Source: Candidatus Paceibacter sp. (GTDB taxonomy: Bacteria > Patescibacteriota > Patescibacteriia > SG8-24 > DYFX01). Taken from it: DNA of 47,943 bases. A program made the translations under genes and the position numbers. Under the pieces are notes generated by a model. The model had not been told where the DNA came from and made no database searches. It saw only the letters and a program-made list of their open reading frames with translations. Location of the stretch: positions 1-47,943 of the forward strand of contig DYFX01000001.1 of assembly GCA_020724945.1 (NCBI GenBank). The letters are read 5' to 3'. Below, one piece after another: positions 34,154-44,405 of the stretch; positions within the stretch are counted from its first letter, which is position 1, and the number at the start of each line of letters is the position of its first letter.

Positions 34154-35467
34154 TCAGAACGGCTGCTTATCAGCGAACCATTCCGGTTCCAGCGGCCGGA
34201 AGGCGTAGAGGGCGCCGTTGATGCTGGCGTAGACGACGGTCGGCGCCGAAGCGAGCCAGATGTCCGTACGCGCGTGGTTCGTGAGCGGGCCGTATTCGAG
34301 GAAGGGGTACCACGCTTCCCCGTCCGGCGAGACGATGACGCCGAACTTCGGGACCACTTCCTCGACCTCGTTCGCCTCGGTATGGATGGCGGCGTAGTAG
34401 ATGCCGTTGACATTCAGCAGGCTGTAGACATAGCCGGCGTAGCCGTGCGGGATCGGGTTCCAGACTTCCCGCGTCGTCCCTTCCGCCGCGTCGTAGACGG
34501 CCAAACCATGCCCGTGGAGCTGATCGGGGCCGAGCAGCCAGCGGAAGCCGCCGGACATCGCAATGGAGGCCGTGAAGCCCTCGTCCCAGACCTGCCGCCA
34601 GGTCGCGCCGCTGTCGGGCGACATGAAGGCGAAACGCGCGACATCGCCCGTGCCGACGACGATCTGCTCTTTGGCCTTGTCGTAGATGACGCCGTGCAGG
34701 TGCCGGAGCATGTAGCGGTCGTCGCCCTCGCCGTAGGTGCGCGCGTACTGCGGGAAGAGCGCCTGGAAGTCGATCCACGGCTCCCAGTTGAAGCCGTCGT
34801 TCGGGCTGCGGTAAAGCACGGCGCGATTGCGCTCGTGCGTGGTGGCGTAGACGGTCCCCTTGCCGTCGTCCGCCATCGACCAGAACATCGCGACATCCGA
34901 GATGACATTGTGCCAGGTCGCGAAACCGTCGGCGGAACGGTACATCCGCACCGGATTGTCGATCTGGAGATAGACGACGCCCTTTCCGTCCGCGTGGATG
35001 CGGATCTCGCCGCGCTCGGAGCTCGCCTTGAAGACGCGTTCGGCGCGGCCGTCCTCCGGCAGCTTCCAAAGCGAACGGGATCCGTCCGGTTCGGTGACGG
35101 CCATGAGGAGCGTCAAGGTCGGCGTGTGGTAGTGGATCTCGTTGATGTCGCCGATGGCCTCCGGCAACGGCACGCGCTGGCGCCCGATGGCGCTGCCCGT
35201 CAGGTTGCGCGTGGGCGGGGGGAGGTAGCCGATCGAAGGCGCGGCGACCTGTTCCATCCGCAGCTCCTCGCCCGTCATGCCGGTGTCTGTCGCGGACTCC
35301 GCCCGTTCCTCGAGAAGCTCCTCCGCCGTCGGCAGCGTGCCGTAAAAGATGGGCGGACCGACGGTCGCGGGAGGCTTCACGGCCGGGCCGCGTCGCCAGA
35401 GCAGGAAGACGGCCCCTGAAACCGCCAGGGCGGCCGCGAGCAGGAAGATCGGGATGAGACGCCGCAT
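34154..35467 (-). CDS. Membrane-anchored BNR/Asp-box beta-propeller protein
   Basis: N-terminal TM helix and Asp-box-like motifs SADGFATW, SPNDGFNW and SPDSGATW. Confidence 0.7.
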   Translation of the reverse strand: MRRLIPIFLLAAALAVSGAVFLLWRRGPAVKPPATVGPPIFYGTLPTAEELLEERAESATDTGMTGEELRMEQVAAPSIGYLPPPTRNLTGSAIGRQRVPLPEAIGDINEIHYHTPTLTLLMAVTEPDGSRSLWKLPEDGRAERVFKASSERGEIRIHADGKGVVYLQIDNPVRMYRSADGFATWHNVISDVAMFWSMADDGKGTVYATTHERNRAVLYRSPNDGFNWEPWIDFQALFPQYARTYGEGDDRYMLRHLHGVIYDKAKEQIVVGTGDVARFAFMSPDSGATWRQVWDEGFTASIAMSGGFRWLLGPDQLHGHGLAVYDAAEGTTREVWNPIPHGYAGYVYSLLNVNGIYYAAIHTEANEVEEVVPKFGVIVSPDGEAWYPFLEYGPLTNHARTDIWLASAPTVVYASINGALYAFRPLEPEWFADKQPF

Positions 35468-35495
35468 ACGGGATCACTGTACCACGCCGTTCGGG

Positions 35496-36716
35496 TCAGA
35501 GCTTGTCCTGCCAGGAACGGACGACTTCATCGAACGCCGCGCGCTCGGCGTCCGGTACGGGGTCGGTGCCGGGGAAGGTCTCGCGCATGGGGTTGATCTT
35601 GACGCCGTGCTTCACCATCTCGTAGTGCAGGTGCGGGCCGGTCGAGAAGCCGGTCGAGCCGACATATCCGATGACCTGCCCTTGCGCGACTTTCTGCCCG
35701 CGCTTCACGGCGATGCGCGACATGTGCGCGTAGTTGGTGGAATAGGTGCCGTTATGGCGGACGCTGACCTTGTTGCCATAAGGGCCGTCCCAGCCCGCGA
35801 AGGAGACGACCCCGTCGGCGGTCGAGCGGATGGGCGTGCCGGCGGAGGCCGCGTAATCGATGGCGCGGTGTCCGGTGGAAGTGTTGAAGGCGGCGACATA
35901 GCGCAGGCCCGTCGTGAAGCCGGAGGTGATGTACTTGAACGCGAGCGGCGCCTTCAGGAACATCCTGCGGAGCGACATCCCCTTCTCGTCGTAGTAGCCC
36001 TCTTCACCCTCGGAATCGACGAAGCGGTAGCCGCGGTAGGCCGTGCCCGCGTTCACATATTCGGCCGCCAGCACATCCCCCGGCATCGCGTAGGCGCCGT
36101 CGCGCCAGCGCTCCTCGTAGATGAACTTGAAGGTGTCGCCGACGCGGACATCCTGCGCGAAGTCGATGGTCCATTCGAACACGCCGGCCATGGCGATGAC
36201 CGCGCGCTCGTCGATGCCTTGCGCCAGCGCGGCGGCGTAGAGCGACGATTCGATCTCGCCCTCGACGGTCTTCACGCGGATCTCGTAGGCGATCGTCTCC
36301 TTCGCGGCGACCCAGGCGTCCCCTTCCTTGCGGACATGGAGCTCCTCCTCGTCGTTGATGGCGTAGACGAGCTCGACCAGCGCGCCGCCTTCCCCATCGC
36401 GGTAGAGATCGATGGCCTTGCCCGCGCGGATCGACGCGAGGTCGTAGATGTCTTTCGAGGCGGCATAGATGGCGGCGGCGTCGGAACCGGAGACGCCGGA
36501 GTCCTCCATCAGCACGCTGAAGGTGGCCTGCGGCGGGATCTCGACGCGGTCGAACGGTCGCTCGGGCGCCGCGGGCACGGACGGCGCGTCCATCGGCGCC
36601 GCGCCGGTTTCCGCGTCCTGACGACCCTCGGCGGAACGCGAAGAAGGCCACAGGATCGTCAACCCGACGATCATGAGCGCTGTCCCGGCGAAGAGGGTGA
36701 CGAGCCGTCCTTTCAT
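35496..36716 (-). CDS. M23-family peptidoglycan metalloendopeptidase
   Basis: HRAIDY (HxxxD) and HLHYE motifs, plus an N-terminal anchor. Confidence 0.85.
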   Translation of the reverse strand: MKGRLVTLFAGTALMIVGLTILWPSSRSAEGRQDAETGAAPMDAPSVPAAPERPFDRVEIPPQATFSVLMEDSGVSGSDAAAIYAASKDIYDLASIRAGKAIDLYRDGEGGALVELVYAINDEEELHVRKEGDAWVAAKETIAYEIRVKTVEGEIESSLYAAALAQGIDERAVIAMAGVFEWTIDFAQDVRVGDTFKFIYEERWRDGAYAMPGDVLAAEYVNAGTAYRGYRFVDSEGEEGYYDEKGMSLRRMFLKAPLAFKYITSGFTTGLRYVAAFNTSTGHRAIDYAASAGTPIRSTADGVVSFAGWDGPYGNKVSVRHNGTYSTNYAHMSRIAVKRGQKVAQGQVIGYVGSTGFSTGPHLHYEMVKHGVKINPMRETFPGTDPVPDAERAAFDEVVRSWQDKL

Positions 36717-36772
36717 ACGCGATACTCTACCCCAGACGCCCTCCGCCGTGAACCCTTACCCCGGCGCTCGAC

Positions 36773-37318
36773 TCATCCTTTCAGGAGGCTCCGGAACTTC
36801 TCCCGGAATTTCTTGAGCTTCGGGTCGATGACGAGCTGGCAGTAGGGGTTCTCCCCGCGGTTCTTGGCGTAGTAGTCGCGGTGATAGTCCTCGGCGTCCC
36901 AGAACTTCTCCAAAGGCTTCAGTTCCGTCACGACCTCGCGCCCGCCGTAGCCGCCTGCCGCCTTCAGCTCGGCGATGACGGCTTCGGCGTCGGCTTTCTG
37001 CTTCTCGTCGGCATAGAGGATGATCGAGCGGTACTGCGTGCCGACATCGTTGCCTTGGCGGTTCAGCGTGGTCGGGTCGTGCGTGGCGAAAAAGACCTTC
37101 AGGATATCCTGGTAGGTGATGACGGAGGGATCGAATTCCACGCGGATGACCTCCGCATGGCCAGTATCGCCTGCACAGACCTGCTCGTAGGTCGGCGAGG
37201 GTTTCTCGCCGCCGGCATAGCCGGGCATCACCGAAAGGACGCCTTTCAGCTCCTTGAAGATGGATTCCGTGCACCAGAAACAGCCGCCGCCGAGGATCGC
37301 TTGGGAAGTCATAGGCAT
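36773..37318 (-). CDS. msrA: Peptide-methionine (S)-S-oxide reductase
   Basis: GGGCFWC active site and 181 aa. Confidence 0.93.
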   Translation of the reverse strand: MPMTSQAILGGGCFWCTESIFKELKGVLSVMPGYAGGEKPSPTYEQVCAGDTGHAEVIRVEFDPSVITYQDILKVFFATHDPTTLNRQGNDVGTQYRSIILYADEKQKADAEAVIAELKAAGGYGGREVVTELKPLEKFWDAEDYHRDYYAKNRGENPYCQLVIDPKLKKFREKFRSLLKG

Positions 37319-37343
37319 ATGGTATCATCGGCATCATACACCT

Positions 37344-37847
37344 ATGCAGGTCCCGAAACGAAAACCCGGCAAGTACGCGCCCGGCCCCGCCGATTATCAC
37401 TTGACGCACGAAGCCATCCGGAAGCTGAAGGAGGAGCTCGAGCGCATCGAGACGCATGTGCGTCCGCGCGCCGTCGAGGAGCTGCGCCGCACCCGCGAGA
37501 TGGGCGACCTCTCGGAGAACTTCGCGTACTCGGCCGCCAAGGGCAGGCTCCTCGGCCTCGACACGCGCGTCCTGGAAATCAAGGACCGCCTGAAGAACGC
37601 CGTTCCCATCGCGCACGGCGCCGCCAAGGACGGGAGCGCCCGCATCGGCGCGACCGTCACCGTCGAGGTCAACGGCAAGACGCGCGTCTTCGACATCGTC
37701 GGTTCGCAGGAAGCCGCCCCTGGCTCCGGCAGCATCTCGTACCTCTCCCCGCTCGGCGCCGCCCTCATGGGCCGCAAGGCGGGCGAGCGCGTGGCGATCG
37801 ACGCGGGCGGCAAGCGCGTCGAATACCTCATCATCGAAGTGAAGTGA
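37344..37847 (+). CDS. greA: GreA/GreB-family transcript cleavage factor
   Basis: GDLSENFAYSAAK signature with a ~17-aa basic N-terminal extension. TGGTATCAT lies 16 nt upstream of the ATG. Confidence 0.85.
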   Translation: MQVPKRKPGKYAPGPADYHLTHEAIRKLKEELERIETHVRPRAVEELRRTREMGDLSENFAYSAAKGRLLGLDTRVLEIKDRLKNAVPIAHGAAKDGSARIGATVTVEVNGKTRVFDIVGSQEAAPGSGSISYLSPLGAALMGRKAGERVAIDAGGKRVEYLIIEVK

Positions 37848-38347
37848 AGACCGTCGTCGTCCACGATCGGATGCAGAAGGGATACCGCTACCGCCTCACG
37901 GCGCGCCCGGGGCGTGATTTCGATCCTGATTTCAAGCCCGATCTCACGCCGAAGGAGGTGCTCGCGCTCGGCGTCTTCGGCGGCAAGTACATGACCGATT
38001 GCCGCAAGGAATTCCCGGCCTCCTGGTTCGCGAAAGCGAAACTCTCGCCCGCGAAGAAGGATCCGAAACTGAACTTCTTCAAGGTCGACGCCAGCCAGCC
38101 GCTCGCCGAATGGCGGCGCAAAGGCTGGATCCACCCCGACGATCCGCGCGGCTGGTTCCAATGGTACTGCCGCTACTGGATGGGCCGCCGGCTGCCGGAA
38201 GAGGACGCCCGACAGATCAAGCGCTGGAAGATGATGCGGCGGCATGCCGCGCAGATCAAGAAGGGCTGCAAACCGGGCGCGCTCCATTGCCGCCCGAAAC
38301 AGCGCCAAGCGCTCCTGCATTGGGCGTACGACAGCCGCACGATCTGA
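37844..38347 (+). CDS. Conserved hypothetical protein (~160 aa)
   Basis: GTG 37844 overlaps the greA stop as GTGA; ATG 37871 is the alternative start. Distinctive motifs are GVFGGKYMTDC and GWIHPDDPRGWFQWYCRYWMGRR, a family I recognise as widespread but cannot name. Confidence 0.6.
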   Translation: MKTVVVHDRMQKGYRYRLTARPGRDFDPDFKPDLTPKEVLALGVFGGKYMTDCRKEFPASWFAKAKLSPAKKDPKLNFFKVDASQPLAEWRRKGWIHPDDPRGWFQWYCRYWMGRRLPEEDARQIKRWKMMRRHAAQIKKGCKPGALHCRPKQRQALLHWAYDSRTI

Positions 38348-38352
38348 AACCG

Positions 38353-38377
38353 AAAACGGCGGTCACCCGCCGTTTTT
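38353..38377. terminator. Bidirectional terminator between convergent genes
   Basis: AAAACGGCGG-TCAC-CCGCCGTTTTT. Confidence 0.65.
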
Positions 38378-38415
38378 GAGATATCGGTCGTGGAACTCGA
38401 CGGAGTGGCGCATGA

Positions 38416-40845
38416 TCAGCGCAGGAAATCAGGATGCACGCGGACGATCTTGTCGTCGCCGGCACGCCGCACGCCGCGGCCGTCGCGGTTCGAGGTGCTG
38501 ACATAGAGCCCGTCAGGTCCCACGCTCACGGCGCGCAGACGCCCGTAGGTGCCCTTGAAGTGCTCATGGAAGGCGGTGATGTTCCCGGCGTCGTCGATCT
38601 GCGCCTCGTAGAGCGTCTCGCCCTTGAGTCCCGCGAAGAACAGGCTGCCGTCGACGAAGGCCAGGCCCGAAGGCGCCCAGGTGACATTCGCGCCGGAATG
38701 GCGGTCGGGCCGCTCCATGCCGGCGACGCCCATGTCGCCCTGGATCGCGGGCCAACCGTAGTTCTTGCCCTTCTCGATCATGTTGAGCTCATCGTACCCG
38801 GAGAGCGCGCCGGAGCGGCCATGTTCCGTCTGCCACATGCGGCCCTGCGCGTCCCAGGCGATGCCCTGCGCGTTGCGGTGGCCGTACGACCAGACATACG
38901 AACCGAACGGATTATCGGACGGGATGCCGCCTTCCGGCGTGAGCCGCAGGGTCTTGCCCGCGAGCGAGGAGAGATCCTGCGCGAGGTCCGGGGAGTTGGC
39001 GTCGCCCGTCGTGACATACAGCATGCCGTCGGGACCGAACGCGATCTGTCCGCCGTCGTGGTAGATGGCGGCGGGAATCGCGTCGAGGATCATCTTGTCC
39101 TCGACGAGGCGGTCGTCCTCCAGGCGGAAACGCTGGATGCGGTTGCGCTGGCCGTTCTCGGCGGTCGTGAAATAAAGATACACGAGCTTGTTGACCGCGA
39201 AGTCCGGGTGCAGGGCCATGCCCATGAGGCCGCCCTCGCCGGTATGCAGGACATCGGGTACGGAGATGGCGGCGGGATTCCGGCCGATGCGGCGGAGCGT
39301 CCCCGAGCGTTCCGTGACGAGCATGTCTCCGTCAGGGAGGAAGGCGATATCCCACGGCACCGCCAGATCGCGCGCGGCCGTGCCGGTGCCGTACGCCTTG
39401 AAATCGAAATCGTTCACGAGATGCACGGACGACATGTCGTAGCCCTTGGCGCGCAGGGAGTCGTGCGTGCCGAGGTGGATCTTCATGTTCAGCGAATACG
39501 CTTCGCCGGAGCGGACGATCAGGTCGGTCTCGGGGTAGCTCGCGAACTCCGCTTCCGTGACCTCGGCCACGGGAGCGTTCGTCCAGCCGTACGAGGCCAT
39601 CACTTGCGGATCGAGCAGGCGCCGGCGCCAAAGCGCGTCGTTGAGCAGGAAGATCTGCGGCGCCCCGCGCATGCGGACGAGCCGCTCGTTCGGGATCGCG
39701 TCGACGACGCCGCGTGGCAGGACATGGACATCGCTCCAGGCGTAGCCGTACGAGGCGAAGACGGCCTCGTCCTTCAGGTGCCGCTTCTTGCCTCCGTTCA
39801 CGACATACACCTTGCCGTCGCCCTCCGCCCGCACGAGCATGTGTTCAGGATAACGGTTGCTCGCCGTGGCGTACGGCGACATGTCCGCGACGACGCGGAA
39901 GGTCCGGGCGGCGGGGTCGAGGTGGACCAAGGTGACGCTGACATTGTTGTCGCGGCGGCTCTCGGTGAAGTGCCGCGAGGGATCGATACGGAACGAAAGC
40001 GCGTAGACGCCGGCCGGCAGGCCGTGGACATCGAAATACTGGTCGGGAAGCGAGTACGGATAGACATCCGCCCATCCGACCGAGACGCCCTGGCGCCCGC
40101 CCTCGCAGCCTCCGTAGGTTCGCGGCTGGTCGGGTCCCTCCGCCGCCGGCGCCATCGCGGTGTCGTCGCGCATGCAGAAGGTCGTCTTCTGCGTGAGGAC
40201 GGAACCGAAGGCGCCGGAGCCCGCATCGGGGCGGATCATCTCAAGCCGGTATTCGCCGAAATCGTCGTAGTGATAGTGGGCGTGGATCTCGTGCCAAAAA
40301 AGCGTGCCGACCGGCACATCGCGCGTGGCGCCGTCGGAATGGAAGATGCGCTGGGAGGCGGGGTGGTCTCCGTCGCCGTCCTGATCCGCATGCGCGTTCA
40401 GTTCGAAGGCGCCCTTGCCGCGGTTCCAGAAGGTGGCGGTGAACTTGAGCGCCGTCTTGCCGTCGATCGTGGCGTAGCGCAGGTCGTAGGCTGCGACCGG
40501 CGCGAGATCGGGAAGCAGCGCCCGTTCGAGCGGAAGGCCGAGCGCGACGGCTTCGATGATGGCGGCGCCTTCGGGATAGGCGGCGAGCGTCCCATCATCC
40601 ACGACGGTGACATCGGACCACCGGAAACCCTGCGCCGCGAAGGCGAGCTCGTTCTCGATCCATCGGCGCTCCCCGCCCTGGATATAGTAGACCTTGGCGT
40701 CGGAAACGCCGCGCAGCAACATGCCGTCCGGGAGCGGCGGCGTCGATGCGGCCTGCGCCGCGACGAGGCGCGGGAGGAACGTCGCGAGAAGGATGACCGT
40801 GCCGATGAGGCGTGGCGTGCGCATGAGTGCGGAGTGCCGACGCAT
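38416..40845 (-). CDS. Secreted fusion protein: three ~45-aa N-terminal repeats + lysyl-oxidase-like domain + PQQ-dependent sugar (sorbosone/glucose) dehydrogenase beta-propeller
   Basis: The signal peptide is MRRHSALMRTPRLIGTVILLATFLPRLVAAQA. LOX-like motifs are WHEIHAHYHYDDF, FCMRD and GVSVGWADVYPYSLPDQYFDV. GSDH-like motifs are PWDIAFLPDG, HDGGQIAFGPDG, GHRNAQGIAWD and GKNYGWP. The ATG overlaps the upstream stop as TAATG. Confidence 0.75.
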   Translation of the reverse strand: MRRHSALMRTPRLIGTVILLATFLPRLVAAQAASTPPLPDGMLLRGVSDAKVYYIQGGERRWIENELAFAAQGFRWSDVTVVDDGTLAAYPEGAAIIEAVALGLPLERALLPDLAPVAAYDLRYATIDGKTALKFTATFWNRGKGAFELNAHADQDGDGDHPASQRIFHSDGATRDVPVGTLFWHEIHAHYHYDDFGEYRLEMIRPDAGSGAFGSVLTQKTTFCMRDDTAMAPAAEGPDQPRTYGGCEGGRQGVSVGWADVYPYSLPDQYFDVHGLPAGVYALSFRIDPSRHFTESRRDNNVSVTLVHLDPAARTFRVVADMSPYATASNRYPEHMLVRAEGDGKVYVVNGGKKRHLKDEAVFASYGYAWSDVHVLPRGVVDAIPNERLVRMRGAPQIFLLNDALWRRRLLDPQVMASYGWTNAPVAEVTEAEFASYPETDLIVRSGEAYSLNMKIHLGTHDSLRAKGYDMSSVHLVNDFDFKAYGTGTAARDLAVPWDIAFLPDGDMLVTERSGTLRRIGRNPAAISVPDVLHTGEGGLMGMALHPDFAVNKLVYLYFTTAENGQRNRIQRFRLEDDRLVEDKMILDAIPAAIYHDGGQIAFGPDGMLYVTTGDANSPDLAQDLSSLAGKTLRLTPEGGIPSDNPFGSYVWSYGHRNAQGIAWDAQGRMWQTEHGRSGALSGYDELNMIEKGKNYGWPAIQGDMGVAGMERPDRHSGANVTWAPSGLAFVDGSLFFAGLKGETLYEAQIDDAGNITAFHEHFKGTYGRLRAVSVGPDGLYVSTSNRDGRGVRRAGDDKIVRVHPDFLR

Positions 40846-42077
40846 TATAGCACGGCGCTCTCTCCCGCGACGCGCCCCGCGGCCCACGAGGCCTGCAGGT
40901 TGAAGCCGCCGGTGAAGCCGTCGATGTCGAGGATCTCGCCCGCGAAGAAGAGTCCGGGGGAGATCTTCGATTCCATCGTCCTGGGATCGACATCTTTCAG
41001 GTCGACGCCGCCGGCGGTGACGAACTCGTCTCCCGCTCCGCGTCCGATGACCGTCAGCGGGATGCCTTTGAGCCAGGCGACGATGCGTCGCGTGTCCTTC
41101 TTGGGCACCTCGGCGACGCGGGTTTCCTCATGCAATCCGAGCTCCCGGCAGAGCGTCTCGGCCAGCGACCGCGAGACCAGGAAATCGAGCACCTTCACCA
41201 GGATCTTGGCCGGATGCTCCCGGAACAGCTCCGCGAGCCTCGTGAACAGCGCGTCCTCGGAGATGTCCGGGAAGATGTCGATCGTGAGACGCATCGGCGC
41301 CTTCGCGTCGTAGGCCTCGAAGGCGATAAGGCTCGAGAGCGCGAAGACGGCCGGTCCGGAGACGCCGCGATGCGTGAAAAGCATGGGCCCCGTGAATTCG
41401 TACGCCTTGGCGAACTTCGTCCGCAGGCGCGCTTTCGCGAACGACAAGCCCGACACCTCCTTCGGCCAGGCCTCCTTGGCGAAGAAGGAGTTCAGGCTCG
41501 GCGCGAGCGGCGTGACGCGATGTCCGAGCGATTCGGCGAACGCGTAGCCGTCGCCGGTCGAGCCGGTGTGGCGGAAGGCCTGGCCGCCCGTGGTGAGGAT
41601 GACGCGATCGACATCGAGAGGCTCGCCGTCCTTGAAGATGAGGCGGTAGCCGCCGTCCGTCCGCTCGACGCGGATGACATGCCGCTTCAGCATCACGCGC
41701 ACGGCAGAACCTTCGAACAGGCGCTCGAACGCGCCGACGACATCGTGGCCGTCGTCCGAGACCGGGAAGGTCCGCATGTCGTCCTCGATCTTGAGCGGGA
41801 CGCCGTGCGCCTCGAACCAGGCGTGGACCGCTTCCGGCGGGAAGCGCCGCATGACGGAATTCAGGAACTTGCCGCCGCGCGGATACTTCGAAAGGACCTC
41901 GCGGATGGCGCGCAGGCCCGTGGTGACATTGCAGCGCCCGCCGCCGGAGATGATGACCTTCTTGCCGAGGCCGTCGTTCTTCTCGATGAGGAAGACCTCG
42001 GTTCCGGGGGAGCGTTCGCGGATGGCGGCGGCGGCCATGAGGCCGGCCGCGCCTCCGCCGATGACGGCGATCTTCAT
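40845..42077 (-). CDS. HI0933/YhiN(BaiN)-family FAD-dependent oxidoreductase
   Basis: VIGGGAAGLMAA dinucleotide fold and GGGRCNVT signature. Confidence 0.85.
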   Translation of the reverse strand: MKIAVIGGGAAGLMAAAAIRERSPGTEVFLIEKNDGLGKKVIISGGGRCNVTTGLRAIREVLSKYPRGGKFLNSVMRRFPPEAVHAWFEAHGVPLKIEDDMRTFPVSDDGHDVVGAFERLFEGSAVRVMLKRHVIRVERTDGGYRLIFKDGEPLDVDRVILTTGGQAFRHTGSTGDGYAFAESLGHRVTPLAPSLNSFFAKEAWPKEVSGLSFAKARLRTKFAKAYEFTGPMLFTHRGVSGPAVFALSSLIAFEAYDAKAPMRLTIDIFPDISEDALFTRLAELFREHPAKILVKVLDFLVSRSLAETLCRELGLHEETRVAEVPKKDTRRIVAWLKGIPLTVIGRGAGDEFVTAGGVDLKDVDPRTMESKISPGLFFAGEILDIDGFTGGFNLQASWAAGRVAGESAVL

Positions 42078-42081
42078 GCCA

Positions 42082-43563
42082 TCAGCCTATCATATCCCCC
42101 TGCTCGGCATGATCGCGGATGGTCTGCAGGAAGACATCGCCGAAGGTCTGGAGCTTCTTCTCGCCGACGCCCGGGATGACGGAAAATTCCTCGCGGGTGA
42201 CGGGGCGCTGGGACGCCATGGCGCGCAGGCTGACATCCCCGAAGATCATGTAGGGCGGCACGCGGCGGATGGCGGCCAGGCGCTTGCGGAGCGCGCGCAG
42301 GCGTTCGAAGAGCGCGGCGTCGGCGTCGTTCGCGACGACGGAAGCCTTCTTCCTGGCGACAGGCTCCTCGCGGACGGTCGTGCCGAGGCAGACATCGCAT
42401 CCGCCGCAGTTTTCGGCGCCGGGCGTCTCGCTGAAATACGAGAGCAGGAAGCGGCGGCGGCAGGACTTCAGGTCGCCGTAGCGGATGACGGCGTCGAGCT
42501 TCCGATGCGCCTCCTCGCGCGCGGGGCCGTGTTCCATCCCGTTGATGAAGAACATCTGCTTGCGGCGGTCGCCGTACGAGAAGAACAGCACGCACTCCGA
42601 CGGCAAGCCGTCGCGTCCGGCGCGGCCGGTCTCCTGGTAGTATCCCTCGACGGACTTCGGCAGGTCGCAGTGCGCCACGAGGCGCACATCCGGCTTGTCG
42701 ATGCCCATGCCGAACGCGATCGTCGCGACGACGACATCGATCTCGTCCTTGATGAAGCGGTCCTGGGTGCGCGCGCGGAGATCCGGCGTCAAGCCGGCAT
42801 GATACGCCGCCGCCTTGAATCCCCTGGCGCGCAGATCCTTCGCCAGCGCCTCGGTATCCTTCCGCGAGAAGCAGTAGAGGATGGCGCTCTCGCCGCGGTA
42901 TTTCTCGAGCAGCGCGAAGAGCGCGGCCCAGCCTTTCTTCTTGGGCGCGACGGCGTAGGTCAGGTTCGGGCGGTTGAAGCTGGAGATGAAGGTCCGGGGG
43001 GCGCGCAGGTGCAGCTGGCGCACGATGTCCTGCCGCACCTCCATCGTGGCGGTAGCGGTGAGCGCGATGGTCGGCGCATTGGGGAACTCCATCCGGAGGA
43101 CCGTCAGGTTCCGATAGTCGGGACGGAAATCGTGGCCCCATTCGGAAACGCAATGCGCCTCGTCGACGGCGACGAGCCTGACATCGAGCCCTCGCAGGAA
43201 CGCGCGGAACTCCGGCGTGGCGAGACGCTCCGGCGCGACATACAGGAGCCGCAGGCTTCCCGCGAGCGCGCGGCGCTTCACGGCCTCGATCTCCGCGCCG
43301 TCGAGCGTGCTGTTGATGAAGGCCGCCGGCACGCCGTTGGTCCGGAGCTGGTCGACCTGGTCCTTCATGAGGGCGATGAGCGGCGAGACGACGATCGTGA
43401 GTCCGCCGGCGACGAGCGACGGCATCTGGAAACAGAGGGATTTCCCGCCGCCGGTCGGCATCAGGGCGAGGCAATCCTTGCCGTCGAGCACATGGCGGAT
43501 GATCTCCTCCTGGAGCGGGCGGAACCGATCGTACCCGAAGTGGCGCTTGAGGATGTCGAGCAT
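42082..43563 (-). CDS. recQ: ATP-dependent DNA helicase RecQ (compact, 493 aa, with Zn module and HRDC)
   Basis: [36 protein letters not shown]...CGGCDVC and a C-terminal HRDC-like [15 protein letters not shown]. Confidence 0.92.
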   Translation of the reverse strand: MLDILKRHFGYDRFRPLQEEIIRHVLDGKDCLALMPTGGGKSLCFQMPSLVAGGLTIVVSPLIALMKDQVDQLRTNGVPAAFINSTLDGAEIEAVKRRALAGSLRLLYVAPERLATPEFRAFLRGLDVRLVAVDEAHCVSEWGHDFRPDYRNLTVLRMEFPNAPTIALTATATMEVRQDIVRQLHLRAPRTFISSFNRPNLTYAVAPKKKGWAALFALLEKYRGESAILYCFSRKDTEALAKDLRARGFKAAAYHAGLTPDLRARTQDRFIKDEIDVVVATIAFGMGIDKPDVRLVAHCDLPKSVEGYYQETGRAGRDGLPSECVLFFSYGDRRKQMFFINGMEHGPAREEAHRKLDAVIRYGDLKSCRRRFLLSYFSETPGAENCGGCDVCLGTTVREEPVARKKASVVANDADAALFERLRALRKRLAAIRRVPPYMIFGDVSLRAMASQRPVTREEFSVIPGVGEKKLQTFGDVFLQTIRDHAEQGDMIG

Positions 43564-43625
43564 GGGTTCGGCGCGTTCGTGAATGATGCCTCCGCCCTAC
43601 CGGAACTCCCCGGTCTCCCGCAAGC

Positions 43626-44405
43626 CTAGGCCCGCATGCCGGTCCCCTTCTTCAGCAGGTGCAGGTTGAGGGCGGTCAGCGCCGCGACGACCAGGGCGAT
43701 CACCAAGGCGCTCCGCCAGACGGGGATGCCCGCGTCGCCGAAGAAGCCGTATCGGAAACCGTCGACCATGTAGAGGATGGGGTTGAAGCCCGAAACCGTC
43801 CGCCAGAACGGCGGGAGCTGCTGCACCGAATAGAACACGCCGCCGAGATAGGTGAGCGGCACGAGCACGAAGGTCGAGAAGAGGCCGATATCGTCGAACT
43901 TCTTGGCGAAGACGGCGTTCAGGAATCCCGCCATCGAGAAGAGCAGGCTGGTGAGGAGCAGGAAGACGGCGATGGCCCAGGGGTGCGCGACCGTCGGCGG
44001 CACGAACGGCGCGGAGACGGCGTAGACGAGGCCGCTGGTCACGACGCCGCGGAAGACGCCGCCGGTCGCGTAGCAGGCGAGCACCACCCAGTTCGGCGTC
44101 GGCGAGACCATGATCTCCTCGATGTTGCGCATGAACTTCGCGGTGAAGAAGGCGCTGACGACATTGCTGAAGCTGTTCTGGATGACGGCCATCATCACGA
44201 GACCCGGCACGATGAAGGCCATGTACGGCACGCCTCCCATCTCGCCGACGCGGGAGCCGATGAAGCCGCCGAAGATCAGGAAGTACAGCGATTGCGTGAT
44301 GAGGGGCGGGAGCAGGGTCTGCGGCCAGATCCGGAAGATGCGCACGGCTTCCTTGCGGATCATCGTGCGATAGGCGTTCCAGGCGATGGTGATGCGGGGA
44401 GTCAT
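43626..44405 (-). CDS. ABC-2 type transporter permease
   Basis: 259 aa with six predicted TM helices. The start ATG 44405 overlaps the ATPase stop as ATGA. The upstream part of the ORF-track entry is Arg-rich shadow. Confidence 0.85.
   Translation of the reverse strand: MTPRITIAWNAYRTMIRKEAVRIFRIWPQTLLPPLITQSLYFLIFGGFIGSRVGEMGGVPYMAFIVPGLVMMAVIQNSFSNVVSAFFTAKFMRNIEEIMVSPTPNWVVLACYATGGVFRGVVTSGLVYAVSAPFVPPTVAHPWAIAVFLLLTSLLFSMAGFLNAVFAKKFDDIGLFSTFVLVPLTYLGGVFYSVQQLPPFWRTVSGFNPILYMVDGFRYGFFGDAGIPVWRSALVIALVVAALTALNLHLLKKGTGMRA

Noticed and set aside
43566-43578. GTTCGGCGCGTTC (GAAC-N5-GAAC on the recQ strand) immediately upstream of recQ as a possible second LexA site.
   Set aside because: The spacing is N5, not N7, and only the tetranucleotides match the lexA palindrome arm. 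It sits where an SD would be. This is too weak.
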